A stretch of 63,231 nt of DNA, filler included, from Chiloscyllium plagiosum (taxonomy: Eukaryota): NCBI RefSeq assembly GCF_004010195.1. It is 4 parts of one record of this genome, joined end to end, with 100 filler letters (N's around TTAATTAATTAA, not from the genome) between each part and the next. Parts side by side here need not be neighbours in the genome. Positions count along the whole stretch, not along the records: positions 15,795 to 30,900 come from NC_057714.1; positions 31,001 to 51,959 come from NC_057714.1; 2 more parts are not named here. One strand, 5' to 3'. Below are positions 25,898 through 38,866 of the stretch, piece by piece. Under the pieces are notes generated by a model. That model had not been told where the DNA came from. It was given only the letters and a program-made list of their open reading frames with translations, and ran no database searches. A program made the position numbers and the translations under genes. The stretch's first letter is position 1; each line of letters starts with the position of its first letter.

Positions 25898-26564
25898 TCA
25901 AATTATGAAGAGGACTAAAGTTTGTAATACCATAACCCTACAATTATTTCCCTGTAATGAGAAGAGGAGTGAAACAGCAGGTGGGGTAATTCATAAATAG
26001 CAAGTACAATTTCTTGATAAAATGGCTTATTTCCATTAGTAAGTAAACATATGTGTCAATTTGTTTTTAGTTTAGGATCTGGTTGAAGCTCACCAGTTGC
26101 CAACTCTGTTTTCCTAACAGTTGGTATTAGCACATAGTACATTTATTACATCAAACAAAGAAATGATTGACTTGATGGATACAGTTCAAGTCAGAGAAAT
26201 TGTAAAGTTAGTAATCAAATGCCAGCTGCCATTATTAGGGGCCTTTTTACTTCTGAGCTTTACTTGTGTTAATAATTAATGATGAGGATGTCAGCTGTCA
26301 ATGGTTTCACTCCTGAAGCTAGGAGCCCAGCACAGGATCTATACACAGCTTCCTGAACATTTCACCTTCACTTGCTCTCTGTCAGAACTTGAGCTAGTTT
26401 TATTCATCATACACAAAGTAAAGTCTGTGATAAAGCCTATTCAAGGTATGTCTTCAAAAATCCAAGTACAATTTGCACCAAGGTGACCAATCAAGGAAGA
26501 CCTTCTCGTTCCTCTCAAGCAAAATCCAAACAAATTAATCTGATTAATCGCAATTAACATTAGG

Positions 26565-26770
26565 ATCACGGGAACAGGAGTGGGCCATTCAGCCCCTTGA
26601 GCCTGCCCTGCCATTCAATAAGATCATGGCTGATCTGTTGCGTGCTCCATATACCTGCCTTGGGTCTATAACGCTTGATACACTTGTTTAATAAAAACTT
26701 GTCTATCTCAGATATAAACTTAACAATTGAGGTAGCATTGACTGCCGTTTTAGGAAGAGAGCTCCAAACC
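26565..26770 (-). mobile_element. CR1 LINE 3' tail
   Basis: ggaacaggagtgggccattcagccccttgagcctgccctgccattcaataagatcatggctgat. Confidence 0.75.
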
Positions 26771-27399
26771 CTTTGATCTACACGGATCTATTCTACATCG
26801 ATCTAGCAAGATGTTTTTTTTTAAAGATGGGCAACACTGGCACTACAATATTTCATTGCCCTTCCTGATTACATTAAAGAAACCAATAGTCAGCCACATC
26901 GTGCGGACTGGAATGACGTGCATCAGATCGGAATGGGACAGGATGGAAATCTAGCCAGGAAAATCAGAGCAGAAAGAGATGATTGAATGTCGCATAGGCC
27001 ACAATGCTTCATGCAGCCATTGATGCCCATGGAAAAGAGCTTTGGGCTGGCCTGAATGAGAAAGGGTTTTCTGTCAGAGGAGCAGGGCAGCATTTTTCAA
27101 ATGTTACTGACTGAGCAGCTTTCGAGAATATAGGTATAATAAACACAGTTTATACAAACACACACACACACCAATGGTCAGTGTCACAGTTTTATACTGC
27201 ATTAGAATCCTGAGCAGGGATATCTCATAGTGATCTTTTCAATTAGGTAACTAATCCCCATGTTCTCCCACACGGGAGAGCTACAAGTAGCCTTTGTGGA
27301 AATTAAATCTCCTACTAAGTCATAGCCAGTCTTTAAAGGATGGAGAATGGCACTAGACTTGGAAATATATTGACACCCAACCCCCAACCCGCTCCTCAC

Positions 27400-27600
27400 C
27401 CGCCTTCACTGCTTCACTGTTGCAGGATCCAAATCCAGGAACTGCTCCCTAATGGCATCGTGGGTCAACCATGTCAAATAGATTGCAGCAGTTCAAGAAG
27501 GCAGCTCATCACCAACTTCTCAAGGGCAACTAGTGAGGGTCAATAAATGCTGGCCCAGCCAGTGATGCCTACATCCCACAAAAATGAATAAATAAAAATA
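27400..27600 (+). mobile_element. CR1-superfamily LINE (family B) 3' end
   Basis: gcagcagttcaagaaggcagctcatcaccaacttctcaagggcaactag...caataaatgctggcccagccag followed by an A-rich tail. Confidence 0.75.
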
Positions 27601-28084
27601 AATATTGTGTTAAAGGATATTAATGAATGCTGTGTGCACACACAAGGAACCTGCACTTTATATAGAATTTATTTGGAAATAAATACACATGCGACTGTTG
27701 GCTTATCCTCTATTTACATGTGGGAGAAATTAACATCCTATTGGCTACTTCTGAAAGGCTCTATCACATTCCATGGCCAATCTGATTGGTCATCACTTAA
27801 TCAGAGAGCATAGCAGCCCATCATATTTGAGGTGACCCATTGCTGCACTATCTAATTATCTTACTGATCGCTGATCATCCTTCTTCAAGACATCTTACAC
27901 CTTGGTCTCATTCCTGATTTCTAACTAATCTGATTGGTTAACATGACAACCTGGAATCCAATTTTGTCAGGAGGAAAAAAAGATCGAAACACTGATATCA
28001 GTCAAACACCAATAATATGAACAATGAGCTCAATGTCACCTGTACAGGAAAATATTGGGAAGCATGTGCTCATCACAGCCAGTA

Positions 28085-29310
28085 ACAGAAGACATCTGCA
28101 AGTGTATCTCCAGGTATGCAGACAACACACAGCTGGATGAGAGGGACAACTGTGAGGAGGATACAGAGATGCTGCAGTGTAATTTAGAAGGATTGTGTTT
28201 GTGGGCAAGTGCATGGCAGATGTAGAGCAATCTGAGGCTATCCACTTTGGTAGCCAAAACAGGAATGAAGATTATTATCTGAATGGCAATAGATCGAGAA
28301 AGGATCAGGTGCAACAAGACCTGAGGACCTTTGTACACCAGCTACAAAGTAAGCATGCAGAAGCAGCAGTAGGAAACCAGGCAAATGGTATGTTGGCCTT
28401 CATAGTAAGAGGATTTGGGTACAGCAGCAAGGATATCTTGCAGCACTTGTACTGGCCTTTCACAGACTATACCTAGAATATTGTGTACAACTTTGGTCTC
28501 CGTACTGCGGAAGCATGTTTTGGCTATTGATGGAATGCAATGAAAATTTACCAGATTGATCCTTGGATTGGCAGGACTGACCTATGAAGAGAGATTACTT
28601 CAGTTAGGACTATATTTACTGGAACTTAGAAGAATGAGAAGAAATCTCGTTGAAACGTATACCAGTCTAACAGGACTAAACAGGTTAACTGCAAGAAGGA
28701 TGTTCCCAATGACTGGGGAGTCCAGAGCATTTACAGTCTAAGGATACAGGGTAGGCCATTTGGAACTGAAATGATGAGAAATTTCTTCACTCAGAGAGAG
28801 TGGAGCATGTGGAATTCTCTATCACAGCAAGTTATTGAGGTCGGAATATTGAATGTTATCGAAGGAGTTTAGATTAGATTAGATTTCCTACAGTGTGGAA
28901 ACAGGCCCTTCGGCCCAACAAGTCCACACCGACCCTCCGAAGAGCAACCCACCCAAAGACATTCCCCTACATTTACCCCTATCACTACAGGCAATTTAAC
29001 ATGGCCAATTCACCTAATCTGCACATCTTTGGACTGTAGGAGGAAACCAGAGCACACAGAGGAAACCCACGCAGACACAAGGAGAATGTGCAAATTCCAC
29101 ACAGACAGTTGCCTGAGGCTGGAATTGAATCCGGGTCCCTGGCGCTGTGCGGCAGCAGTGCTAACCACTGAGCCACCATGCCACCCAATATAGTTCTTAG
29201 GGCTAAAGGGATCAAAGGGAGAAAACAGGAATAGCGTACTGAGTTTAATGATCATATTGAATTGCAGAGTTGGCTCAAGGGGCCGAATGGCCTCCTGATA
29301 CTTTCTGTGC
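28085..29310 (+). mobile_element. CR1 LINE 3' region interrupted by an HE1 SINE
   Basis: ANGMLAFIVRG and GLTYEERLLQLGLYLLELRRMR motifs; resumes after 29186. Confidence 0.85.
28869..29186 (-). mobile_element. HE1-like SINE, full length
   Basis: Reverse copy with (agatt)n tail and tRNA head. Confidence 0.93.
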
Positions 29311-30554
29311 TAACATTTGTTGCATTGTCAGGATGCTCGTGTAACTGTTTTCTTTTTATTTGAAGCTCTGAATCTTTCAGATTCTACAGGCAGAGTTAGT
29401 TAGGTGCACATCAGCAACAGGGCCACAGTATAAACATGTTAGAAATCGTTAGATGTCTGGATTTGGAAAGGTCAAGGTAAATGTACACTTCTTTTATGTG
29501 GCAATGATTATAATAGGAATTTGAATGTCCAGCCTCCAGCTAGATTTAGGGGTACACTATACCACACAACAAGTGTGAATCATGGGCTGACTTTTCCCAG
29601 TCTCTGAACAATGTGGACAATGGCAGCCTTGTGGAGAACACATGATGAGATTATAAACTGAGCTTGTCACCATCAAGAAAAAAGATCAGAGTTTGCACCC
29701 GACGTTTTGAATAGCGAGAGGTGAATCTCACTATTGGGCATTAAGAGATCTATTTGCATGTAGTAACATCTAAATTATAATCTCTTTACACCTCAGTAAT
29801 ATTCAGTTTGCGACTCTACCACGGGGATGGGAGAGTTTAAAACAGGTCAACTATGATCTTTTTGAATGGCAGAGAAGACTAGAAAGGCCAAGTGACCTTC
29901 CTTTGTTCCTTATTTGTATGATTGTATGTAATGGTTAGGAGCTAGTACCCAATACTCGCAGTCCATTGCTTGCTTTGCCAGCCCTCCATTTTAGCCAACA
30001 TTTCCCAACAACTCAGGGCATGCTCAATGGACATCAGACACTCACCACGTCATCCAGGCACATCACTGACTCACTTTTAATATAGTTATCCACTGCAATG
30101 CTGCACTTTGAGTGCACTGACAGATTACATTAAAATGCTGCTACCAGGCCACTTTCATACAGGAACAGGTACCCGTCTCTTGAATCAGACCAGGGTGCAT
30201 CTTAGTGCTTTTCATTTGCTCTCTTATTGATCACTGACTTCACACCAATTAGATGTTGACAGCATCGCTGCCTTGTCTTGTCTTTTAATGCCATCTGATT
30301 CAGAACTTACAAGCTCATTATATTTTTGTCTTGCCTGGCATGTTAGTGCAGACACAATGCCAGGCAAGTTGTCATGGTCGTCAGTGATGATCAGGCAAGG
30401 AATCGGACGTTACTGGCAACTGCGTCAGTGTTCTATTGGTACAAAACGTTTTCTCCTTCCCACATGAGGGAACACTCTCTCTGTATCTCAACTTTTCAAG
30501 ATGTAAGTATCTCTAGGTCACCCCTCAGCCACTCGCTTCACTTGTTGAATGAGC

Positions 30555-30900
30555 CTGAATGAGTGAAAAAGATTATCTGAGATTGCAAAGAGATCTTGAT
30601 CAATTGGGCCAATTGACGGAAGAGTGGCAGATGGAGTTTAATTTGAATAAATGTGAGGTATTGCAATTTGCTAAAATGAATAAAGACAGAGGACAGGTGA
30701 CTGAGATGTCAGTGGGGGAGCACTTTGGGGCCAGCGACCATAATTCTATTTGATTTAAAATAGTGATGGAAAAGGATACACCAGATGTAAAAGTTGAAGT
30801 TCTAAATTGGAGAAAGGCCAATTTTGACGGTATTAGGCAAGAACTTTCAAAAGCTGATTGGGGGCAGATGTTCACAGGTAAAGGGACGGCTGGAAAATGG
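30555..30900 (+). mobile_element. Two joined CR1 ORF2 fragments
   Basis: LRLQRDLDQLGQ...WQMEFNLNKCEVL (RT) fused to VGEHFGASDHNSI...LNWRKANFDGIRQEL (end of endonuclease). Confidence 0.85.
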
Positions 30901-31000
30901 NNNNNNNNNNNNNNNNNNNNNNNNNNNNNNNNNNNNNNNNNNNNTTAATTAATTAANNNNNNNNNNNNNNNNNNNNNNNNNNNNNNNNNNNNNNNNNNNN
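30901..31000. other. Assembly gap with artificial linker
   Basis: 44 N + TTAATTAATTAA + 44 N. Confidence 0.97.
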
Positions 31001-31657
31001 GCCCCAGCTGTGCCTGCCTCTTCGTAGGATATGTGGAACAATCTATCTTCCGCAACTACACTGGCCCCATCCCCCACCTTTTCCTCCGGGACATCGATGA
31101 CGTTATCGGCGCCGCCTCGTGTTCCCACTTCATCCACTTCACCAACACCTTCCACCCCGACCTCAAATTCACCTGGACAGTCTCAGATTCCTCCCTCCCC
31201 TTCCTCGACCTTTCTATTTCTATCTCAGGCGACCGAATCAACGCGGACATCTAGTACAAACCGACCGACTCCCACAGCTACCTGGACTACACCTCCTCCC
31301 ACCCTGCCCCCTGTAAAAACGCCATCCCATATTCCCAGTTCCTTCGACTCCGCCGCATCTGCTCCCAGGAGGACCAGTTCCAAAAACATACAACCCAGAT
31401 GGCCTCCTTCTTCAAGGACCGCAATTTCCCCCCCGACGTGGTCGACGATGCCCTCCACCGCATCTCTTCCACTTCCCACTCCTCTGCCCTTGAGCCCCGC
31501 CCCTCCAACCACCACCAGGACAGAACCCCACTGGTCCTCACCTACCACCCCACCAATCTCCATGTACAGCGCCATCCGCCGTCATTTCCGCCGCCTCCAA
31601 ACGGACCCCACCACCAAGGATATATTTCCCTCCCCTCCCCTATCAGCATTCCGTAAA
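31001..31657 (+). mobile_element. Penelope-like element RT/thumb fragment
   Basis: ACLFVGYVEQSIF...LFLRDIDD...LPFLDLSISISGD...YKPTDSHSYLDY...CKNAIPYSQFLRLRRICS. Confidence 0.92.
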
Positions 31658-31793
31658 GATAAACAGGAGTTTCTGTTCACTCTGTTCACTCTGAGAGCTG
31701 GCTCTGAGGCAGATGGATCAGTGTCAAAGATTCTCCACAGTTAAATAAAGAGTAACTTGGTAGTGGGATACAGGCCTTAGTGGAATAATTTCA
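31658..31793 (+). mobile_element. 3' end of an LTR
   Basis: aataaag at about 31744, then termination in ...ggaataatttca; resembles Gypsy LTR U5 ends. Confidence 0.45.
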
Positions 31794-32404
31794 ATTTCTA
31801 GAGGATTTTATCCAATCTGATTTGACCACCGTAAATATAGATTAAACTCATCAGTGAATTATTGCAGTACCTTTCAGCCACATCCCATTTATTTCTTCCT
31901 ATATACGCTAATGTACAGTGTGACTAATTTTTGGAGGTCTATAATCTATTCCTACGTGACCTCTTACATTTCCTATTTCCCATCTCTACCTACTCTTATT
32001 CCAAATCTTACTGTTTTTAGCTAAGGTCATAATTCAATATTGTGCTAATGTCATTCTTAATCTCCCCTCAATCTTAAGTAAATCCATCATACCTTCTCCT
32101 CATATTCACCTTCCTAAGTTAATGCGTTGTGAAAACAACATAAATAATGTAAAGCTACGATGCTTCTGGTCCTATTTTAAAACTTAATTTGAATTTGCTC
32201 AATAGGCATTTAATCTGTGCTGTAACACAATATCTAAACCATACAATACACATCATAATGTAACAGTGGAAGTGTAGAACAATATTATTTGTAATATATT
32301 GTCATACAAACAACACAAACCAGAGATAGACCCAAGAATATTCATGTGTAATTAAATATACTGGATTTTCGAGATGGGTTTGAGTTATTGGTGATAGTAT
32401 TGAG

Positions 32405-33041
32405 TCAGAGTCAAAGAGTAATAGAGATGTACAGCATGGAAACAGGAGCTGGGAGGTCATGCTGTGGCTGTACAGGACATCGGTTAGGCCACTGTTGGAA
32501 TATTGCGTGCAATTCTGGTCTCCTTCCTATTGAAAAGATGTTGTGAAACTAAAAAGGGTTCAGAAAAGGATGTTGCCAGGGTTGGAGGATTTGAGCTGTT
32601 GGGAGAGGCTGAACAGGCTGGGGTTGTTTTCCCTGGAGTGTTGGAGACTGAGGGGTGACCTTATAGAGGTTTACAAAATTATGAGGGGCATGGATAGGAT
32701 AAATAGACAAAGTCATTTCCCTGGGATGGGGGAGTCCAGAACTAGAGGGCATAGGTTTAGGGTGAGAGGGGAAAGATATAAAAGAGACCTAAGGGGCAAC
32801 CTTTTCACACAGATGGTGGTACGTGTATGGAATGAGCTGCCAGAGGAAGTGGTGGAGGCTGGTACAATTGCAACATTTAAAAGGCATTTGGATGGGTATA
32901 TGAATAGGAAGGGTTTGGAGGGATATGGGTCGGGTGCTGGCAGGTGGGACTAGATTGGGTTGGGATATCTGGTTGGCATGGACGGGTTGGACTGAAGGGT
33001 CTGTTTCCATGCTGTACATCTCTATGACTCTTTGACTCTGA
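32405..33041 (+). mobile_element. CR1/HER1 LINE 3' end with an inverted copy of its tail at the 5' junction
   Basis: ORF 32543-32953 is the CR1 ORF2 C-terminus. 32405-32445 is the reverse complement of 33001-33041 (40/41). Confidence 0.92.
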
Positions 33042-34895
33042 GTTTATAATACATTGGGTAACCTGGACTGATCGGAGAAAATGAATGAAATGGCTTGAAA
33101 ATGAATCTGCTTAGTTACCAACCCAGGGTTTGTGTTGCAATAAAGACACGCAAAGTCACGAGTTATTATAATGGGGTATAGTTTCAAGATCTTTCAAATC
33201 CCATCCACTCATTTCTAATAGTTTTATTGTTAGTGGCTCTGAAAACATTGCTTAGAAATGTTCATCATTGTTGATCTTGGTCTCGTTCTTGTATTCACGT
33301 TGTCACCAATTTGGCGATGTTAACCTTGTTTACTTCACAATATCCCCTGGCCAAAGCTCTGTAATGGACATATGACACCATATTGACTTCGGCAAAGTTC
33401 AGACATTCCTGATAGCAGCTTTAAATTGGCAAAATGTGCCAATGAGGGGTCCAGTATTTGTTAAGAACCCATCTCCAAAATTGGTCAAAAATTGGATTTT
33501 ACCCAACATTTCCGGCTCTAATCAGCAGCCCTTCAAAGGGAGCTCCAGAAGCTGGTAAAGACAACCTATAAAATAACCCGAATGTGAAACCAGGAAAATC
33601 TGGAGTGACCTTCCTGGCTCCATGACAATGCTGTCTGCAATGTTTCTCATGAATGTATTGGGTGAAAGGTCGGATGGTGGAGCATGGAGGCACTCAAATG
33701 AGAATGGCTTTGAGTGCAGACTGGCAACTACATAGAGAAATGCAAACTAACTTCTCGCTTAATATTTCTCAGCGGCCCAAACTAGAGATTTTCCTCCCCC
33801 ATTCTCTTCTTCCTTTTAAATTTTATAGCTTTCTTCCCCCCAAGTCTTCCACTAATCACTGCAACTCAATTTGACTTATCTTCTATTCTCCTCTTACATT
33901 ATACTGACTTATAGCTCTTGGCTCTGTGCCAAGTTTCTCAATTGACACGTTGCCCAAACTAATACTCCAGCGTGTGGTTCCACCTCTTGAAATCGTCCAG
34001 CTTTTACTTTATCATTCATTCATTACCATTCACCCATTGATAGTGCTTGGCAAACTTTCATGACTGCCTACATATTTAAATCTTCCACAGTACAAATGTG
34101 GCTATGCCTCCCACCAGCACACACCAGCAGCACAGTCCAAACTACGACCCCTATTTTCACAGTACTCAGCTGTCCGCATTGATATGACTGGATGGCTGTA
34201 GTATCTGTATTATTTACTCAGGTTCAGAGAGTAATCACTGAGCATGTTGCCACCCCTAATAAGTACTTACTCTTGGCTGACTCATGAAGCAAGTTAGCAA
34301 TGTTTCCATTTTGGTGTAACCTTTTCTTGAAAAGCAGTCATGTGACAGTTTGAAGCTTAGTTCATGTCCATGCAGATGTAGCAGACAGATTAATCTTGGA
34401 TCTGATGTGAGATATATAAATCAGTTTTTCGCAAAAGAATGTTAGTCCAAACTTGTGCGTTTGTACAGAAGGGAATATAGTAGCTTCCAAATGTTGTAGA
34501 TTTCACTTGGCATGCTCAATGCTAAAGTTAGAATTCCTGCCTTACACTTGAAATCGACAGTAAACTTGTCTTGCTGAGCCATTTCTGCTCTCCTGGTTTA
34601 TTATGACCTCACTGAAACAATTTTACTTTGGAGGGATGATGATTCACTAGAAGCTGGCCCAAAATTTCTTTCCAACCCTGAAATATTACTTTCTTTACCA
34701 CATTCCTATGAAAGAACTTTTATGAAGAAATAAAACATTGAGTTTTCATTTCCGAACCCCCTTTTATTAATATTTTTGAATAGTTAGATAAAGAGCTGAT
34801 TCCGTCACAGTTCGGATCTCATTAACATGCCCCCAGCAAGCAGCAGTTCAGCGTTTTGCGTGGTCAGGAAATCGGCCAGTTCTCACAGTGACATC

Positions 34896-35604
34896 TGTTA
34901 TGAAGCTGTGGGTCAACCTTTAAGAGAGTTAAAAGTAGCAGAACTACTGGACCCAGCAACAAATGTACTCAAAAATGGTAACAATGTAACACTGGGTCGA
35001 TCCACTCGATTAGTTCGTTACTTGGAGACAAAAACAAATTCGATTCAGCCAATCAGTTTAAATTATACCCAAAACATAACAAACTCCAGTCAAGTTTTAA
35101 TTGAGTATATTGACAAACTTAAAAGCCAATGACACAATCCGATGCTCTGGAGCATAAGACCAGGGAAAATTGAACGGTCGAGGGGGGATCTGCCACATCC
35201 TAACATGTAAGAGACTGCTTGGAAAAATATCTCTCTTAAAAGTCCCTTTTCGATCAGTAATCTTTATTGCAGAAATTCCTAACAAGGAGAAAAGAAGACA
35301 CAGGAAGATCCGAAGACAATAACCTACAGCTGCCTGGTTTTGAGATAAGAAGTGTTGTTTTGTAAAATCTTAATTGTGAGTTTTACCGGACTAGCATTAT
35401 AGAAGGGAAGGTAACAAATAGGTTAGAGAAAGAAATTGTAAATAGTGGTTATTTAATTATTCTGTTATACTTTAAGAAATAAAGCTGTTAATTTTACTTT
35501 AACTGGTTCTTGGCCTATCGAGTTTTTACAGATTACTGCACAGGATAAATCTTCTCTGTGTTTGGTTTTAAATTAAGCAGGAGGGTTTACTTTGTGTCAT
35601 AACA
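34896..35604 (+). mobile_element. Solo LTR (about 710 bp)
   Basis: Termini TGTTATGA...TCATAACA, flanks catc/gatc, aataaa at about 35478. Homologous to 55201-55917. Confidence 0.85.
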
Positions 35605-35605
35605 G

Positions 35606-35960
35606 ATCATAGAATCATAGAATCACTGCAATGTGGAAACAGGCCATTTGATCTAACAAGTCCATACTGACCGTCTGAAGAGTATCCCACTCAGACCCGT
35701 TCCCCTCTGCCATTACTCTTCTTTTCCCCTGACCAATATATCTAGCCTATGCATCTCTGAACACTCTGGGCAATTTAGCATGGCCAATTCACCTAACCTG
35801 CATATTTCTGGACTGTGGGAGGAAACCAGGGCACTGGAGGAAACCCACGCAGACACAGGGAGAATGTGAAAACGCCACATAGTCGCCGAAGGCTGGAATC
35901 AAACCCATGTCCCTGGTGCTGTGAGGCAGCAGTGCTAAACATTGAGCCACCGTGCCACCC
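35606..35960 (-). mobile_element. HE1-like SINE
   Basis: Reverse copy ending gagccaccgtgccaccc. Confidence 0.9.
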
Positions 35961-36319
35961 ATAAATATGACCAGCAGGTTGGGTCTTAGGGCAGGCCACT
36001 CCAGAGTGGGGTATCATGCATACAAGGACTCAGAAGAAGGCCATTCAGCCAATCAAGTCCATGCCATCTTTCTGTAAAGCATCTGGTCAATCTCGTACTC
36101 GCACTCTAACCATTTAGCCAGGCATGTTTATTTTCCTCATGTGCCCAGCCAATTTCTTCTTGTAAACCTTCATTGTCTCCACTTTCACCATCCAGGCAGC
36201 AGATTTCAGATCATTAGCATTTGCCATATACAAAGTTCTTTCTTGGATTCCCTCATCATCCCCTATCCAACATCTAGTATCTCCTAGTCATACAGTCATA
36301 GATTGAGCTGGTTGAGTTA

Positions 36320-37870
36320 GAATCAGAGAGTCATAGGATGCAACATGGGAACAATCCTTCAGCCCAACTCAACTATGCTGACCAGGTATCTTCAATTAAA
36401 CCATTCCCATTTGTCAGTATTTAGCCCATATCCTTCCACAGCCTTCCTATTCATATACCAATCCAGGTGCCTATTAAAGATTGTAATTATACCAGTCTCC
36501 ACCACTTCCTCACTATCCTATCTACCTGTGAATCCACCTTCAAGGAACTATGAACCTGCACCACAAGGTCACTTTCTTTAGCAACACTCCCCAGGACTAT
36601 ATCATTAATTGTATATGGCCAAAGTGAGGACTGCAAATGCTGGAGATTAGAGATTAGAGTGGTGCTGGAAAGCACAACAGATCAGGCAGCATCTGAGGAG
36701 CAGGAAAATCGATGTTTCGGGCAGGAGCCCTTCATCAGGAATGAGGCTGGAAGTGTCAGGGGTGGAGAGATAAATGGGAGGGGGTGGGGGTGGGGCTGGG
36801 GAGAAGGTAGCTGGGAGTGCAATAGGTGGATGGAGGAAGGGGTAAAGGTGATAGGTCAGAGAGGAGGGTGGAGCGGATAGGTGGGAAGGAAGATTGACAG
36901 GTGGAACAGGCCATGAGGGTGCTGAGCTGGAAGTTTGGAACTGGGGAAAGGTGGGGGAGGGGGGGAAGCAAATGAGGAAACTGGTGAAGTCCACATTGAT
37001 GCCCGGGGTTGAAGTGTTCCGAGGTGGAAGATGAGGTATTCTTCCTCCAGGCATTGAGTGGTGAGGGAGTGGCGGTGGAGGAGGCCCAGGACCTGCATGT
37101 CCTCAGCAGAGTGGGAGGGGGAGTTGAAATGTTCGGCCCATGGAGCGATGGGGTTAATTGGTGCAAGTATCACGGAGATGTTCCATAAAGCGCTCTGCGA
37201 GAAGGCATCCAGTCTCCCCAATGTAAAGGAGACTGCATCGGGAGCAACGGATACAATAAATGACATTTGTGGAAGTGCGGGTGAAAGTGTGTGTGGAAGT
37301 GCACCAGTTTTCTCATTTCCCCTCTACCAACCCCGCATCAGTTCCAATCTTCCAGTACAGCACCATCCTCATGACCTGTCTTACCTGTCAATCTTCCTTC
37401 CCACCTATCCGCTCCACCGTCCTCTCCGACCTATTATCTTCACTGCTTTCTCTATCCACCTATTGCACTCTCAACTAACTTTCCCCAGCTCCACCCCCTT
37501 CCCATTTTATCTCTCCACCCCGAGGCTTCCAGCCTCATTCCTGATGAAGGGCTCCTGTCCGAAATGTCGATTTTCCTGCTGCTTGGATGCTATGCTTTTC
37601 CAGCACTGCTCTCATCTCTCTACATTAATTGTATATGTCTACCCCAATCCGCCTTTCCAAAATTCAACATTCCACATTTATCTAAATGAAACTCCATCTG
37701 CCACTCCTCAGCCCATTGGCCCATCTGATTAAGGTACCCATTTTACTCTGAGATAACCTTCATCAATGTCCACAACACCTCCAATTTTGAGGTCATCTGC
37801 AAACTTACCAACCATTGCTATATTCACATCCAAATCATTGATATAAATAACAAAAAACAGTGGACTCAGC
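36320..37870 (-). mobile_element. CR1 LINE fragments split by a PLE insertion
   Basis: DLVVQVHSSLKVDSQVDR before the insert; aactccatctgccactcctcagcccattggccc after it. Confidence 0.8.
36618..37622. mobile_element. PLE with GIY-YIG endonuclease remnant and inverted terminal arms
   Basis: 15-bp TSD cattaattgtatatg (36603-36617, 37623-37637). Minus strand about 37170-37285 reads FTRTSTNVIYCIRCSRCSLLYIGETG. CTGATGA cores in both arms (about 36735 on -, 37541 on +). Confidence 0.9.
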
Positions 37871-38612
37871 AGTTACAGTCCTTGTAACACCAGCTGATAG
37901 GAACAGTCTTTCTTTCTCTACCTCAATTAGTTTCCCCCCCTACCTCTTTAGCTCTAAGGAGACCAACTCTAACTTCTCCAACTTTTGTGTCAGCCCAATT
38001 CACTCATCTCTGGAACCGTTCTGGGAAATCTACTTTTAGGCTCAATACAAGCATGAAATGTTGCAAATTGTAAAGCCATATTTTTCAAAAATAGACACCA
38101 AATGCTTTTAAGATGGCTGCAGTATATCATATATCTTTTTGGCAGTATTCAGCTTGAGACAACCCAAGCAAATCCCTAATTAAATACCTCACACATTCAC
38201 TCTATCAATAAAACCCAAGATTTCAAATGTTGTTTCTCACTACTCCCTCAGTTGTCATAGTATGGAGAAACAGTAATCTAGCGTTTTGTTTTGAGAGCCC
38301 AGGCAGAGCATTAAAATGTTAAAAGCTGCCCAAATTGTTTTTGAGCTAAACTTCTTGAAATTGGTTCTATTCTTTGTACACAATTATTGACCACTCCTCT
38401 TGTTTATCGCTGGAAATTGCAATATGGTAGGAACCCCTATTTCTAAAAGAATTGTACCGTACCAGCTTCAGATAGTTGAGGTGTTCCTTCAATTGTAAGC
38501 CCATCTGAAAATTGCAGTAGACTGGTGCTGAGGTGGGAAGCTGAGTAGTTCACGTATATTTGTCAGTGAGGTATGGGTAGTTAGCAGGAGAGAATTGCCC
38601 TCTACATATTGC

Positions 38613-38866
38613 CCTCACAGTGGCGACTGACTGACTGTGTGGAGTTTGCACATTCTCCCCGTGTCTGCGTGGGTTTCCTCCGGGTGCTCCGGTTTCCTCC
38701 CACAGTCAAAAGATGTGCGGGGCAGGTGAATTGGCCATGCTAAATTGCCCGTAGTGTTAGGTTAAAGAGGTAAATATAAGGGTATGGGTGGGTTGCGCTT
38801 CGGCGGGTCGGCGTGGACTTGTTGGGCCGAAGGGCCTGTTTCCACTCTGTAAGTAATCTAAATCTA
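38613..38866 (+). mobile_element. HE1-like SINE (young, 5'-truncated)
   Basis: CpG-rich copy ending gtaagtaatctaaatctaa. Confidence 0.9.

Noticed and set aside
26386..26445. 60-nt plus-strand exon candidate (ctctctgtcag ... caag|gtatgt)
   Set aside because: Good splice sites, but the peptide is unrecognisable and there are no partner exons; expected by chance in 63 kb.
31031..31744. Longest ORF (237 aa, Pro/Ser/Thr-rich, mucin-like)
   Set aside because: It is an alternative frame of the C-rich Penelope RT sequence.
37058..37732. 224-aa ORF
   Set aside because: It reads through the antisense arm and inversion junction of a PLE.
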